Positions 14,213-36,852 of a stretch of DNA of 64,000 bases are shown here, one piece after another (the first letter of the stretch is position 1; every line of letters begins with the position of its first letter). Source of the stretch: the human T2T-CHM13v2.0 reference genome, Homo sapiens; the NCBI RefSeq assembly GCF_009914755.1, contig NC_060925.1; one strand, given 5' to 3'. Both the position numbers and the translations under genes were made by a program. Below the pieces are notes generated by a model. That model was not told where the DNA came from. It made no database searches and worked only from the letters and a program-made list of their open reading frames with translations.

Positions 14213-15151
14213 ATCTGGACCTTGGTATGGAAAGGTTTTTATTTTCATTTTTGGCTATTGAAGAGGTTTTAACCAGGGAGCAGAATGATCTGATGTAGCC
14301 TCGCTAGACTGTTAGCTCCGTGACAACAAGGGCTTTGTTTTGTTTACCAGTGTATTCCTAGCACCTAGAGCAGTGCCTGAAAGACAGCAGATACTCAATA
14401 AATGTTAGTTTAAGTGATGAATCAATGGATGAATGAATGAATATAGGCGGTAATTAAAGTCATGGAATTTACTTTTGCAATATAGTCTTACAAATAACTG
14501 GCACTCCTAGTCCAAACACAACTTTTGTTTTCATTTGTTTGCCTTTCAAGCAAGTTATAATTAGAAGACATATTTTAGGTGGAATGGTACCTTTTATAGT
14601 AATCTTTATTGGGTCTCATAAAAATGACTGACTCACAAATCTCACAGAGTAAGACTAAGCTTGAATAAGAATTTTTACAACTCAAGGTATAAACAGTTCA
14701 TGTTGCTATTTTTTTTAAAGTACTAGCTAAAACATTCCCTGTAGGTTCACTCTATTTAATATGTGACTAGCTAGTTAAAAAAAAAAAATGTGAAAGACTG
14801 AGGTACTTATAATCAGCTGGATAATTCTGAAAACTGTAAAAACTTTTGCAACTTTCTCTGGAGGCTGTAGATTGCTTTATTTCTGAGTTCCTTCAAAAAC
14901 ACTGAGACTAAAATTAGAGCAGCCAGATTGTATTTGGTTTACAGGGACTCATGCTGTCTTCCTACCTCTCCATCTGTTGAAACAGTTTTTAGGTGCTGGC
15001 ATGAAACTAGAACATGTAAGAACCCAACTTGCCACAGTCCTGGGATAGCAAAAACCTTTACCCACAGAACTGAGTTAATTTAATTTATTTTGTCTGTACA
15101 GCACATCAATTTGGGTGGTTTATAAAACAAATCACAACATTATGGCATCTA

Positions 15152-15532
<381 letters not shown>

Positions 15533-15624
15533 TTAAAGACTGCTTTCCCACTTGATGGTAGAACTGCACCCCCATCCCATCCCAAAGATCTCAGCAATGA
15601 AAGTTGTTAGGAAATGAGATCTAA

Positions 15625-15867
<243 letters not shown>

Positions 15868-16370
15868 TAACATTTCTCTATCAATACCTGAGTAAAATTC
15901 CCAATAGATCATTTCAGGATTCCTTTTAGATCTTCTTAGCTGGATTAGCTAGAGTGAAACTTCAATTCTTTTTTCCCAGACATTCACTTATGAAAACTAT
16001 TAGGCAAAATTCATTGTCATTTCTATGTTCATCCTTGTACTTAAGGCCTCAAACTTGGCTGAATTTCTTGGTCTTTTAAAATGAATATTATAATTGCTCT
16101 TAACTGCTGCCTTGATACATATTCTGACTCCAGAGAATTTTTGAAGATTTTAGATTTGATAGTCTAATGCATGTGTGTGTCTGTGTGTGTGTGTAAGAAA
16201 GGGAGAGGCCAGGCCTAGGGCAATGGGAGTTGAGAGGAGGAGGACTAAGTAACCTCTGTATTTGGTGATGCTTCAGAATAAAAACAGACATTTCGACATC
16301 TATGTTAATACGTTATGACAGAATTTTAGTCAAGGGAAATATTTGACACCAAAGTATAAAGTATGTTGTA

Positions 16371-19628
<3,258 letters not shown>

Positions 19629-19645
19629 TACTAATTATTTTAGCA

Positions 19646-20993
<1,348 letters not shown>

Positions 20994-22613
20994 ACTTTAA
21001 GTAACTTGACAATCTAAGTTGACACTAGCATTCTTAGGTTCCTAAATGCATGTTTTAGTCTCCTTTAGAACTTAAATGTATTTTTTAAATATATGATTTG
21101 CCTTCACAGACCAAAAGATCACGAATTGCAAGCTAGGTTGTCAAGGGTCTTTAAATCCTCCAATTATGCTTAGATTTTTGTAGATTTGATTTTTTTATCT
21201 GGGACTCAACTGTGGCTCTCAATCTATCATTTATGGGGTCTTAATTTAAAACTTTGGTATGTTAAGAAGGCCATTTTCATGTAAGGACTTATCTGAACTC
21301 CCCTAAGTGGGATACAGTCTCCTAATTTAAGCCTCCAGTTTTATATTTGTGTTGCCCATGGGACACATTAAAGGAAGTTTCTGCTTTGATAGTATTTTTC
21401 CTGCTTTACAGAATTCAAAACACAGGGTGGAGATTTTTCAAGTTTGATTTACTTTTTAATATTGGTCAATTTTTCAAAGATAAAAGCCCCGCATTCTTCC
21501 ATTTGCACTGAATCTAATCCATAAGAAACAGATGTATCACAGGATTTCCTTCCTCCCTTCTTAACAGAGAAAGGAAGGTGCTGCTTCTGTCAGATCCAAT
21601 CTCTTAGTTTATTTTTCCTCCTTTGAACCAATTGTGCTGAGCTGCTTCATGTCTCTGAGTACTGACTCCAAGAATATCAAGCTTCTGCTTTGTAACCCTA
21701 ATATTGTGATTTCAAGCAAGATTTTCTAGATGCTTGGTATCAAAGCAAGTTTCTAATGGCGCCACAACTGTCCTTGAATCACCTGAACCAGCAGTGTCAA
21801 AGGAATGCATAGACAAGCTTTATAAATTCTATAATGTTTAAACTGAAAAGGACTCCTGGAGGTCTGTTTTCTAGGCTAGTCTTCATTTAGAGTCCTGATT
21901 TCCCAGAACTTTCTGGAGGAGCCTTGGGAAACCTCAGCTCAAATTTCCTGAAATTGGCAAATGCCCTCAGAGTCAAAATGGCTTCAGCCCTCCATTTACA
22001 TTTATGGGTTCTAATTTTCACTTTGATTTTTGCCTCGCAATTCCTTACAGCTCTTCCTGTCAGCTCTTCCATGACATTTACCTGGAGCAGAACACCATTC
22101 ATTCTTAGGGTGGGGGTGGGGATGGGGTAGCGTTTTCTATTATAAACAATTCAAACACGAAAAGATTATAGAAAATAATAAGATACACATCTGTATCCCT
22201 ACCAGCATCAGATACATGCTAAATTCTTGCCAGATTAGATTCCAGTATCTCCCTCAGTCAAGGTAAACAGTTAATTATTTCTACTGTTTCAACAATGTCA
22301 CACTACACATCCCTGTGCATGTCGCCTTGAACCACCTATGCAAGATGGGCAGCTGAGGAAGGGATGAGCAATGGGCTGTATTTGCAACATTTTTAAAAAT
22401 TCACAAAATGGAATACTCTCCAGAAGTAAAAATAAATGAGCGAAATCTACACAAGTTAACATGGATTAACCTCAAAAACATGACGAGTGAAAAAGCAAAT
22501 TAGAAAACAATATGTAGTGTAATAACATTCTATACAAAATTTAAATCCACTAAACAGTAATATATATTGTCTATGTTGCATGCATTTGTAGTAAAACCAT
22601 GCATGGTGTACTA

Positions 22614-23105
<492 letters not shown>

Positions 23106-23724
23106 CTAGAGGTCAGTTATTTTCCATTTAGTGCTTTTAACTAATAATGTAATATATGCCCAGAGTAATAAACTTGTCATTATCCTCTACTGTATGTTTA
23201 GTCATTTACTGTATACCTGTGCTTCATTCTTCAATATGAAATCTGACTATTCTTTCTCAGTGAAGTTTTTGATTATTCTTTTGTTTATTATAGTGACTGC
23301 TGCAACCTGGCCCTAAAGTTCAGTTTAAAGCTCTGCCTGTGGACTGAAACCCACTGGTACCAAGGATTGCAGTTCATATTATAACTGGCTCCGAACCCTT
23401 GCTTTTTTTCTGAATCAGAAAAATGGCACCAGCTACTTCTCTGCTTATTGAAGGGATGAGGAGACTTATTCAGGACTTCTCCCTGAACCCTCCAAAGAGG
23501 CATTTAATCTAAAAGGATCTTGTGAGATCTCCATTCTTAAACATCATTAAAATAGATCAGAAAATTATCAGTGTATAGTGATTATGTTATAATGCAGCTG
23601 GAGGCAGAGTTTGAGTAAATGGACTCCTGAGAGCCTTTTGAGCTGTAAAATTCTAGAATTCAAGCCCTTGCTTAAAAGGATTTAAAGAATGTTTATGTCC
23701 TAGCCCTTTAAAAAAAAGTGTTTG

Positions 23725-24025
23725 CCAGGCATGGTGGCTCATGCCTGTAATCCCAACAGTTTGGGAGGTCAAGGAGAGAGGATTGCTTGAGCCCAGGAGT
23801 TTGAGACTAGCCTGGGCAACATAGTGGGAACCTGTATCTACAAAATAAAATTAGCCATGTGTGGTAGTACACGCCTGTAGTCCAAGTGACTTGGGAGGCT
23901 GAGGTAGGAGGATCACTTGAGCCCTGGAGGTTCAGGCTGCAGTGATCTGTGATTGTGAACCGTGATCCTGCCAGGCACTCCAGCCTGGGCAACACAGAGA
24001 GAATTTCTCTCAAAATAAATAAATA
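23725..24025 (+). mobile_element. AluJ-like
   Basis: GGATTGCTTGAGCCCAGGAGTTTGAGAC AluJ motif; (TAAA)n tail. Confidence 0.85.
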
Positions 24026-24159
24026 AAGTTTATGTCCTAGATGGATAATATTAGGTAATTTTATTTGCAGTACATTCTTCAATAGCTACTCTTTTTACTG
24101 CTAACACTATGGTTTACATAAGAATATTAACATATAAAGTTTCGTAATTTGTGTTCTGA

Positions 24160-24303
<144 letters not shown>

Positions 24304-25400
24304 ATGGAATTATGATATATATGATATACAAACTTTTTTCTATTTAAAAATATATTAATGGATCAACTTTAAAATTGTTAGTTGCCAGTGATCTTTTTTG
24401 GAAAACAAAAATGGGGCATTTGTTGATTTATTTATTTTCTGTCTCTAATTAGTTACCTCAGTTTGATTGAAGCCAGTGGAGTTGTGCTTTTCCTCTACTT
24501 CTACTTCCTCTCCCCCACCTTTTTCTGCCCAGTGTAGGTGTATTCTTAAATTCAGACGGGAAGATTCTTTCACATATCACTCAGTTACCTCCCAATCTGG
24601 GGGAGTTTTTCTTACAACTTGATACCAGATACCATTAATTTTACATTCCTGAATAAAGGCCTAGTACCCACGCATATTTCAACCATGCATATATCAAGTT
24701 CAACCGAGTTTTAATAGGGGATTAAAAAAACAAGCTGTTAGGTTTCCATGGGCACTGGTTCTCATAGGTTCTATTGGTGATAACTGCTTTAACATGGAGC
24801 AAGAGTTTGTGAATCAGGAAATAGAATAAATTAAAATTTAAAATATATAGAGGAATCCTCTTGATTGCTCAGCATGATGTTAGATAAATGAGTTTGTCAG
24901 AAAATATCAGTATACGCTGTTTACCAATGTTATTTATTTACATTCTTCTAAAGCCATTATGGATATTGTATTATGAGAGCTAAACCTAAATAAGTTATCC
25001 TGTTCCCTAGGACCTTCTCTGTAAATAGTGAATTTTAGACGAGTGGTCTGTCCTAAATCTTAAATAGAAAAAAAAACTAAAGCGATTTGCTTAAGCCATT
25101 GTACATTATAAAGAGCTGTTTTGTTTTGCTTTGCTTTGCTTTGTTTTGTTTTTTTAAAGCTGCATTCAGAGCTACAAAGGAATAGGAAAGTAGGGTAGTG
25201 TTGGATTCTGGTTTTATGTAACTCTAAAATAAATGTATCTCTTTAATATCTCAGTTGTAGGGATTTTGTCAATACCAAAGCAGACTGAGTTGTGGTTTTG
25301 TAAATAAAGTTTTTTCTAAAAATGACCATTCTTCCTTTAATTTTTTGTTATGCCCACATATTGTATGTAAAAATATAAATAAATAGTACTTAAAGTATAG
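24304..25400 (+). other. FAM72D: FAM72 3'UTR, AU-rich, with several AATAAA hexamers
   Basis: AATAAA at 24652, 24825, 25228, 25303 and 25378; MIR-like sequence starts at about 25410, so the end is approximate. Confidence 0.7.
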
Positions 25401-25949
25401 AATATAAGGCTAATGTTTATTGAATACTTACCATATGCCAGACACTGTTCTAAGTGCTTTAGACGTTTAACTCCTCACAACAAACCTATGAGGTAGGTAC
25501 CATTATTATTCCTTTTTTTTTAAACTGGTAAATCAGGTGAGACAGAGAGAAGTTAAGTAATTTGTTTAAGGTAGCATAACCGGTTAGAGGTGCTCAGACA
25601 GAAGACTGACTCCAAAAGCTCCTGCTCATATGATTTATTTATGGTCTTACTTAGCCGGGATACCTGCTGGGTAACTAACTACATTGTTATGTGCCCTAGA
25701 TGAGGGCAGAAGTGACTGATTTGAAGGTTGAATAAACTCATGCAGGGTCTTAGGGTATAAGTGACCTGAGGGCATTGAAAGAATCATTTGCCACAAACCA
25801 AGATAAAAGGTGCTTCAGGAAATGCTATTACTCCCTCCTGGAAAACGTTTCCAAAAATCTTTCACACCAACCATTAACACTGACAGAAGGCCATCAAAAG
25901 AACCAATGGAATGAGTATGGAATAATTTGTTTTGCGATTTGGTTTTTTG

Positions 25950-25978
25950 GGTGTGTGTGTGTGTGTGTGTGTGTGTGT
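25950..25978. repeat. (GT)n microsatellite
   Basis: About 14 GT units. Confidence 0.9.
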
Positions 25979-26369
25979 TGTAACCTCAAGTTCTTAGGTG
26001 AGCATAATCTATAAGAGAAAAAATATATATATACTTCTTTGGTTAACTTGCTCAACTAGAGAAGAAAAGTTTAATACTAGACTAGGAAATGTGGCAAATT
26101 TAAAATTCAATAGAGTTCATCTGGTTTCCGTTCAGCTCATGCCTTCAAAGGCTATGATTGACCTAGGGTCTCTCTGAAAAGCAAAAGCAAGACAGAGGTG
26201 CACTGATTGAAGCAAGCCCCAAATGTGATTCTACTCCAGCTGGGGAATATTTCAAATTACTCAACTACCTTTGGTTAACTGGATTATGGGAAAGCCAATT
26301 CTAAACAGAAAGCTGATTAATAAAGTTTTATCTAAAGAAATATATTCATGACACTAGTGTGGTTTGAGG

Positions 26370-28060
<1,691 letters not shown>

Positions 28061-29265
28061 AATAAATTTTTTTTAAAAAAAGAATTAATTACAAGGTGAA
28101 GTTAACAAGGAAGGTTATATGTTATGAAGAATATTCTACTATACGATTGTAAGTTTAGACTTGGTCCAGTAGCAATGTGGAGTTATTGAAGTTTTTAAGC
28201 AGGAGAATAAAATGATCAGATTGAGGATGATGGCTCTGATGGTAAAGTATAATCAAGTTTAGCTTTCCTAATGTCCTTTCTTTGATGCACTTAACAATTT
28301 GACCATGGAAATTAAACTTACTGCCTTTACCCTAAGAACCCATGTAGTTCTTCAAGTTCTCGGAATTTCTTGGGTTTCATGGAGCCTCTAGTCTGCAGTA
28401 GGGCATTGCCTTTTTTTTTCCCCTTTTCCATTTTGTCATTCTTGCAGTTCAAGGAAGGGGCAGTGAGTCATCAGCTCACCCGCCATGACATTTCTGCTAC
28501 TTTATCTTTCTCCTTAAGCTAGTTTCTCAACCTCAAACTTAGCCTCTGAGGAGGCATCTTGGGTGGAGCCTAATCTTAAAGACATACATTTTAAATAATC
28601 AATGGTTCTGAAAACCAGGTCCTTAAGTATTAGCAATTGAGAGAGATTACCCAAAAAGAACACTCTTTTGACCTCTGAGTCACATGTGGCTGGTTAAGAA
28701 TAATCTATATTGTTTAACTTTAGTGAGGAAGTGACCATGATATATAAACCATGATCTAGAAGACAACTAACCACAACACAAATACGGAGTGAGGGGAGGT
28801 AGGTGAGAATATGGATCAAATAGTTTTGATTCAGTAGTGAATTGCTCGATGAAAGCTTTCCCTATTTTAACATTCCTGCTTATAAAAGGAAATAGTTTCC
28901 TTTTCTGCCTTTTTTTTTTTTAACTTTAAAAGCAGCCTAAACCATAGTTTCTTTCTTGCCTGGTATTGAGCGTATGCCAAATCTACCCTAAACTGCACAG
29001 ATGGAAAAAATTAGTCTATGTCTGTGGTACCTCTGGGGTTGAATATTTTTAGTACCGAAATCTTTAGCTAAAGATTCCTTTTTCCAACACTCTCAAAGAA
29101 TCCCTTTATTGTCATCCAATGGAAAAACTTACTGAGATAGAAATTAACTATATCATGCTTTTGTATATTCCTTTACAGTTTATTAAGAGCTTTCACATGC
29201 AGTGTCATTTACTCCTCAGAATAACCTTGGGAGCTATCATTCCCATTTTACAAATTAAGAAAGAG

Positions 29266-30494
<1,229 letters not shown>

Positions 30495-32106
30495 TAAAAC
30501 AAATAAAAATTTAAAAATTAAATACAAATAAAATGTAAAAATAAAAGTTTTCCATTAGCAATCTTCCTGTACACATCTTTTCCTATTAGAGCTTAGTTGA
30601 TTTTTGTTTTAAATTGAGATGGGGACAACAACATCTCCCTTTTCAGTAAGGGAGATTTGGTTTATCTGTAAACAATAAAAATGCTAGTCTTATACACTAT
30701 AGAGAAAGAAAAAAATTATGCAAAACTCTTACTTTGCAACTTTGCTGTTCTATCTAGAAACAAAGTCTTTTTTACAAGTCCAGATTTTTATCTTACAAGC
30801 AACAAAAGTTTACAGCAGAGTAAATAAGCTCTTTAAGCTATTTGTATGTCTCAAATATTTCGTAATAAAAAGTGAATTAAATGACTGCCTTTTGCAAATT
30901 GCTCTAATCTCAGCCTTCTTTATAAGCTTGTATTTAAAAATCTATTCATATGGAATTTCAGAAGCAGCCTTGCCTTAAAAGAGCACTACTGAATCTTCAT
31001 AACAAGATTATGTATTTGTTATGTGGAAAGCAAAAATAGGTATCAAATTCATATTCGAATTTTGCATTTTGAGACTTACAGAGGAATGGGTTGACAAATA
31101 GCTGACGATTAATTGGATCTGCTAAATATGGGCACCAATGAAGTGTGCCCACCAGAATGCATCTCTACACCTCCGTTCACACAAATCACTTCCTCTGGAA
31201 AGGCGCCCGTGGTAAAAGTAGGCATATGGGAATGATTCACTTGGGGAAAGTTGTACCCAGAATATCAAAACAGTTTGCTTTCTGTCGCTATATTCTTGCC
31301 ATAATTTTTCTACCCAAAGGAACCACCTGCTATTATGGCTGTGACACCTGAAAAGCTTTCTGTATATTGCAGGAGATTGCTCATGTGTGGGTGGGTTTTC
31401 AGGCTGTTCAGTGGTATTTTAAAAAATAGTTCTTTGGGGAAAATATTCTCAGAGACTGGAACATTGCCTTGTCTTATCAAAATTGCTCTGTAGTCATGTT
31501 CACAAATACCTTCAAACATTGAGCTACAGATGGAATTCAGTAGAAGACATACTGAGCTAATTTCCTTTGTGTGACATTACCCAGAGAAATCAAGCTGTCA
31601 GTATCCTGAAGAACAAGCCCTCAAAGTGAGATGGTGGCCAAAGCCATAGGAAGCAGAAATGACTGAAGGGCTTGCCCTTCAAAACCTTCTTCCCATTCTC
31701 CCAAATTCATCTTTTCCAATTAAAATTTATTACAAAAAAAAACCAAATAGACTCAGCTTGTCTGACTTGGGATGGTTGTACACTTATAGTAAAGATGGTA
31801 AATATTGGGCTGAAAAAAATCCTGAATCCTAGATCTTTCTTGATATTCCAGAATATATTCATAAAAGAGAATTACTGAAAGAGAGTTTTAGGCATACAGA
31901 ATTTCATACTTTGGGCGAACTAGAGACAGTCATTTCTAAGTTATGCCTTTGCTTTATCAAACTTTAGTTCAATCATTTAACAAATATTTAATGAGCATCT
32001 CTTTTGTGTGAACACTATTGTGAGCGTTACGCAGTGAACAAAGCATTTTTAAAAAAATTCTTTCTTCTATGCCTACCCACAGTGCCTAGGCCAAAAAGCT
32101 AAAAGT

Positions 32107-32410
32107 GGGCTGGGTGCGGTAGCTCATGCCTGTTAATCCCACACTTTGGGAGTCCAAGACAGGAGGATTGCTTGAGCCCAGGAGTTCGAGACCATTCAGG
32201 GCAACAAAGTGAGACCCCAGTCTCTAGAAAAAATCAAGAAATTAGCGGGGCATGGTGACATGCACATGTGGTCCCAACTACATGGGAGGCTGAGGTGGGA
32301 GGAAGGTCTGAGCCCAGAAGCTCAAGGCTGCAGTGAGCCATGTTTGCACCAATGCATTCCAGCCTAGGCAACAGAGCAAGACCCTGCCACAAAAAATAAA
32401 CATAAAAAAT
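32107..32410 (+). mobile_element. AluJ-like
   Basis: Alu consensus; AAAAAGCTAAAA TSD-like flanks. Confidence 0.85.
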
Positions 32411-32814
32411 AAAAAAGCTAAAAAGATTCTCTTGCAGCTAGGGGTTTATATAATTTACTTTTTGCTAGTTATATGCATTTGCATAAGTCTTGATTTCAGA
32501 ACAAACTTCAGTGGGGAAAAGGTGGTCACAGCACTTTATCCATTTTGCTATCTAAAATTGATCTGTGGTATGATTCTGAAGCCAACAGACTTGTGGAGAC
32601 TTCCTGATGTCCAGAGCATGACTAAGATAGTGTGTTTCTGAAGCTAGAAAGTGGTTGATGGCTTCTTGATCCTTAGCTTTCAGACTATGGTAGGAGCGGC
32701 GATTCTTCTAACAGGGCAGTTCTGTGGTGTTATTCTGTGAGTCATTCCTGGAGGCCACATTTACAGCCTGCCCCACCAACCCTCCAATGGTTTTGCAATC
32801 CCTAAATTTAGTGA

Positions 32815-33275
32815 CATTTCAGTTATCTCTTGCTGTGTAATAAGCACCCCAAAAACTTAGTTTGGCTGGGCAATTCTGCTGATCCTGCCTGGCTCCACAG
32901 GCAGGTGGGTGTATTCAGCTGTCAGTGGCCCTACTTTGTCTCACTCGTATGTCTAGGATTTTGGCAGGGATGCCTTGAAAGGCTGAGACCTCTCTCTCCT
33001 ATGGTCTCTCATCATTCAGTAATCTAGCCTGAGCTTCCTTACAGGACGGCTGCTTTCTTCTAAGAGGGTGAGAGTGGGAGCCGCAAAGCCTCTTAAGGCT
33101 AGGTCTGGAAGTGACACAGCATCAGTTCTGCCTCTTTCCATTGGTCAGAATTAAACCGAGGGCTAGCCCAGATTTACAAGGAGAGAAAAATAGACTTCAT
33201 CTCTTTATGGGAGTTGTGGCAATTGCAAAAAGGTGGGTGAAACAGGAAGGATTTTTGTAACATCAATCTACCACA
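32815..33275 (-). mobile_element. MLT1 (MaLR) solo LTR, old subfamily
   Basis: CAGTTATCTCTTGCTGTGTAATAAGCACCCCAAAAACTTAG ... CAATCTACCACA ends typical of MLT1. Confidence 0.65.
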
Positions 33276-33384
33276 ACTGTTTTGAATCCCTTTCTGCTTC
33301 AAATAGCTAGAATGGCTTCTGTTATCTGCAAATGAACTCTGGCTGATACAGAAAACATGCAGTGGGACCAGATAAGAGGCTGCT

Positions 33385-36300
33385 ATCAGAAGTGTGTACA
33401 TTAGCTGATAAATGAGACTTACCAGCCCGTTTCTGGATTATTGTCAGTTTCTTTACTGACGATACCCTATTCCATCCCGACGTGTCCTTGTTTGAATTGA
33501 TTGAAATCTTTCATTTATTTCCACTAATGCCAAATGTGTAGCTGTGAGTATACAATATATCAAGTCTATAATATAATATATATTATATAATCAAAACATC
33601 ATATTTTGATAGCAGCCTCCTATCTGGTCTTTGAGATAGAGGAAGATTTGGGGCATATTTTGAAAGTAGAGCTGACAGTACTCTGATGGATTGGAAATGA
33701 ATATGAGAGAAAGTGAGGAAGATGCCAAGGATGCAGTCAACAGTGACTTCAAGGTTTTATGGTAATCATGGTGCTATTTATGGAGATGAAGAAGGACAAG
33801 TTTGGAGAGAAAATTCAAGAGTTTGTTTTTGAATATGCCTATTAAATGTCAATCAGGCAGTAGGGTATAGGATTCTGGAGTTTTAGGGAAGAGGTGTGGG
33901 CTGTGGATATAAATTTGAGAGCCATCTGCATACAAAAAGACATTTAAATATGAGAGACTTGATTTGATTAACAAGGGAGAGGTGTAGGGAGGGAGATACT
34001 GAGCACAGCACTGTTTAGACTATGGAAGATAGATGAGTAGGCTCCATTTCAGTGTATACAGGAATCCCTGGAGACACTTGCTAACAATGTAGATTCCAGG
34101 GTCCTAGTCCCATAAATTCTGATTCAGGTCTAATATTGAGGCCTGGCAATCTGCATTGTCAACAATGCAGCTTATCCTGAAGTGGGTAATCTGGGAATAT
34201 CCTTTGAAAAACACTGAAATAGACTACCAACATCTATGAAAACATTTACGGGTGCTTAAATTTCAGGATGTTTCTTTTCTTTCTCCCCATTTCCTCTCAT
34301 CCATTATGCATGAAAGACTTCTGCAAGATGCCAAGAGGGGAACTTGGGCTTTTTCTTTTTTCTAATTGCCTTTTACAGAGTGATGGAAAGTTAACTACGA
34401 ACTCCTGCGGGGAAAAGAAGAGACGATCTAGGCCTAAAAATCGTGTCTACTCTCCAAGAGAGGTATATTCTCCTTTAAACACCCAATTTGATGCCCAGTG
34501 GTAACACTTTATGAAGCAAGACCAAGAGCAAAGTCAACATTTCTTTGTTCCTTAATTATAAGCAGCATGTGCACCTTGCATATCTCAGCAAGTGATAAAC
34601 AGTCATACTCCCCCAAATATTGAATGGAGGGTTGAGAAGATTAGATGAAAAACAAATGCTTAACAGCCTGTGGTAGATTTTGCTTTCCTATCTCTCAAAA
34701 TTAATGCTGATTAAGCCTCTGTAAAGGGAAAATGCCCCTCCCTGTTTATACCATCATTTATACAAGACTGAATTCTTATTGACAGTGAACCTGTATTTCT
34801 AAAATATATAAATATGAAAATATGTTCACTCCTATCTAGTCTGAGATTGTGAATCAAATGTTGTGTTGGTGGTAAAATTCTACAGACATAGTCTCCTCTT
34901 TTGCAGTTCAGTGGTTGCAAGAGGGCCTGAAGCTGCAGTAGCCATGTGCTGTAATAATGATTGCATTGATTAAGTGCCAATTACTTCTGGAGACTTTTCA
35001 AAGGCCTCTGCTGCAGAGTTGAAACTAGGCTTTCTGTCTGATATTAGATACATCTCTAATGCTAGGTGATGGCTGGTTTGGGATCTCTGGCAATTACTTC
35101 TGTCATGTACTTTAATCAACAGCGTGCCTACTATTATAACAAGTCCCCACACCCACTGTGAAGCATTACTCAGACTCTCTTTCCCTTAACCCCCACCCTG
35201 CTCACATGAACCTGAGCTTCTGATCCGTAGATGATTAAGTTGCTCTGGTGAATCACCCTCAGTGGGATGGGACAGCCTTCCAACCAGAGCCAGATCTTTA
35301 CCACAACCAAGTGCTTGTCTGGAGGGATGATGAATCCTACGGGCCCAGCCAGAGGTCAAATTACCTGTCTAGCTATTCTGCTGGGTATCAGTCTTCTGGT
35401 AGGCATCCTATTTAGCACATGCTTCCATTAGCAAATATTTAGGAAGGACCTATGCTTGCATATAGTTCCCCGAAAAATTATTTGCAACTAAGTTTTGGAT
35501 CTAATCACCATCATTGGCTGATTTTGCCACCATCTTTGAAATAGTTGGCAGACTGTGATAGAACGTTGATGGACTGAAAGTTGAGCTAAAAGAGTGACTA
35601 AGTCACCAACTTGCTGTGTGACCTTGGGCATTTATTTCAAAACAAGGGGATTGTGCAATACATTTTCTGAGATCCCGTCCAACTCTAGCACTCGGTGGAT
35701 TAATTTCATTTTTGCAGTGAGCTTCTTATTCATTTGCCAGAGGCAATTGAACTAATTCACTAGGGCTGCCATTCAAAGTTCTTCAAACTGGGTGACTTAA
35801 GCAACAGAAATTTATCTTCTCACAGTTCTGGAGGCTGGGAACCCAATATCGAGGTATTAGCAGAGTTGGTTGTTTCTGAGGGAAGTGAGGAAGGAATCCA
35901 TTCCAGGCTCCTCTCCTTGGCCTGTAGAGGGCCATCTTCATCTTCATATGGTGTTCTTCCTTTGTGTGCATCTGTCTCCAAATTTCCCCTCTTTATAAGG
36001 ATAGCAGGCATATTGGAGTAGAGATGCCCTAATGACCTCATTTTAACTTGATTACCTCTATAAAGACCCTATCTCCAAATAAGGTCACATTCTGAGGGAC
36101 TGAGGGTTAGCACTTCAACATATGAATACTTGGGGGACACAATTCAACCCATAACAAAAAGTAAGTATTAAATATAGGTAAGGAATAAAGAATAATGCCT
36201 TGGTAGCCTTTAAGGCTGGTAACTGACAGGGACATGGTCAGCCAGCAAGTAAGCATAGATTGTCAAATTTATGTTGTAACTCTAATGGCTTAAACCTACA

Positions 36301-36852
36301 TTAACACTAATTTTATCTCCACATATGGATATTGTGTAAGAGTCAGCTCTGAATTCTCTTCTACCTGAAATTTTTCAGCGTCGCCCTGCTTTCCAGTGTT
36401 ATTTCATCTGTTTTTATAATTGGATGTGAAACTTCTTGAGAAAGGGTCCTATGACTCTTTAACCAATTATTGTTCAAAGGAGTCCCCAAAGTGTTAAGCA
36501 GGTAGGTCATTGTTTAATTAAATGACTCTGTTGAGGTTTGAGTGTGTTTGGCCCTCAGAGGATATAATTATAAGTAGAATATGCTTTCTTGTGCTGATAT
36601 GGGTCTCCTGATTATATAATGTTATTTATATATTAAGAAGAGAGAAAAGGAATGCATTAGATTTTGATGACTTACAGCTACACATCTGGCATTAATGGAA
36701 ATAAATGAAAGATTTCAATCAATTCAAACAAGGACACTTTGGGATGGAATCGGGTATCGTCAGTAAAGAAACAGACGATAATCCAGAAACTGACGATAAT
36801 CCAGAAACTGACTGGTAAGTCTCATTTATCAGCAAATGTACACCCTTCTGAT
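33385..36852. repeat. Dispersed inverted repeat: 33385-33549 is the reverse complement of 36670-36852 (about 93% identical; the right copy has an extra 18-bp tandem unit)
   Basis: Manual alignment, e.g. GGAAATAAATGAAAGATTTCAATCAATTCAAACAAGGACAC is present in opposite orientations at both sites; about 12 mismatches in 165 bp. Confidence 0.9.
35755..36155 (-). mobile_element. MLT1A/B/C-type MaLR LTR
   Basis: CTAGGGCTGCC...CAACAGAAATTTATCTTCTCACAGTTCTGGAGGCT...GACACAATTCAACCCATAACA. Confidence 0.8.

Noticed and set aside
22108-22128. G-quadruplex motif GGGTGGGGGTGGGGATGGGG in FAM72 intron 3 (others in the CpG island)
   Set aside because: Common motif; nothing here indicates function.
36767-36812. 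18-bp direct repeats as a CRISPR-like or coding repeat array
   Set aside because: Simple tandem duplication of about 2.5 units with no spacers, in human DNA.
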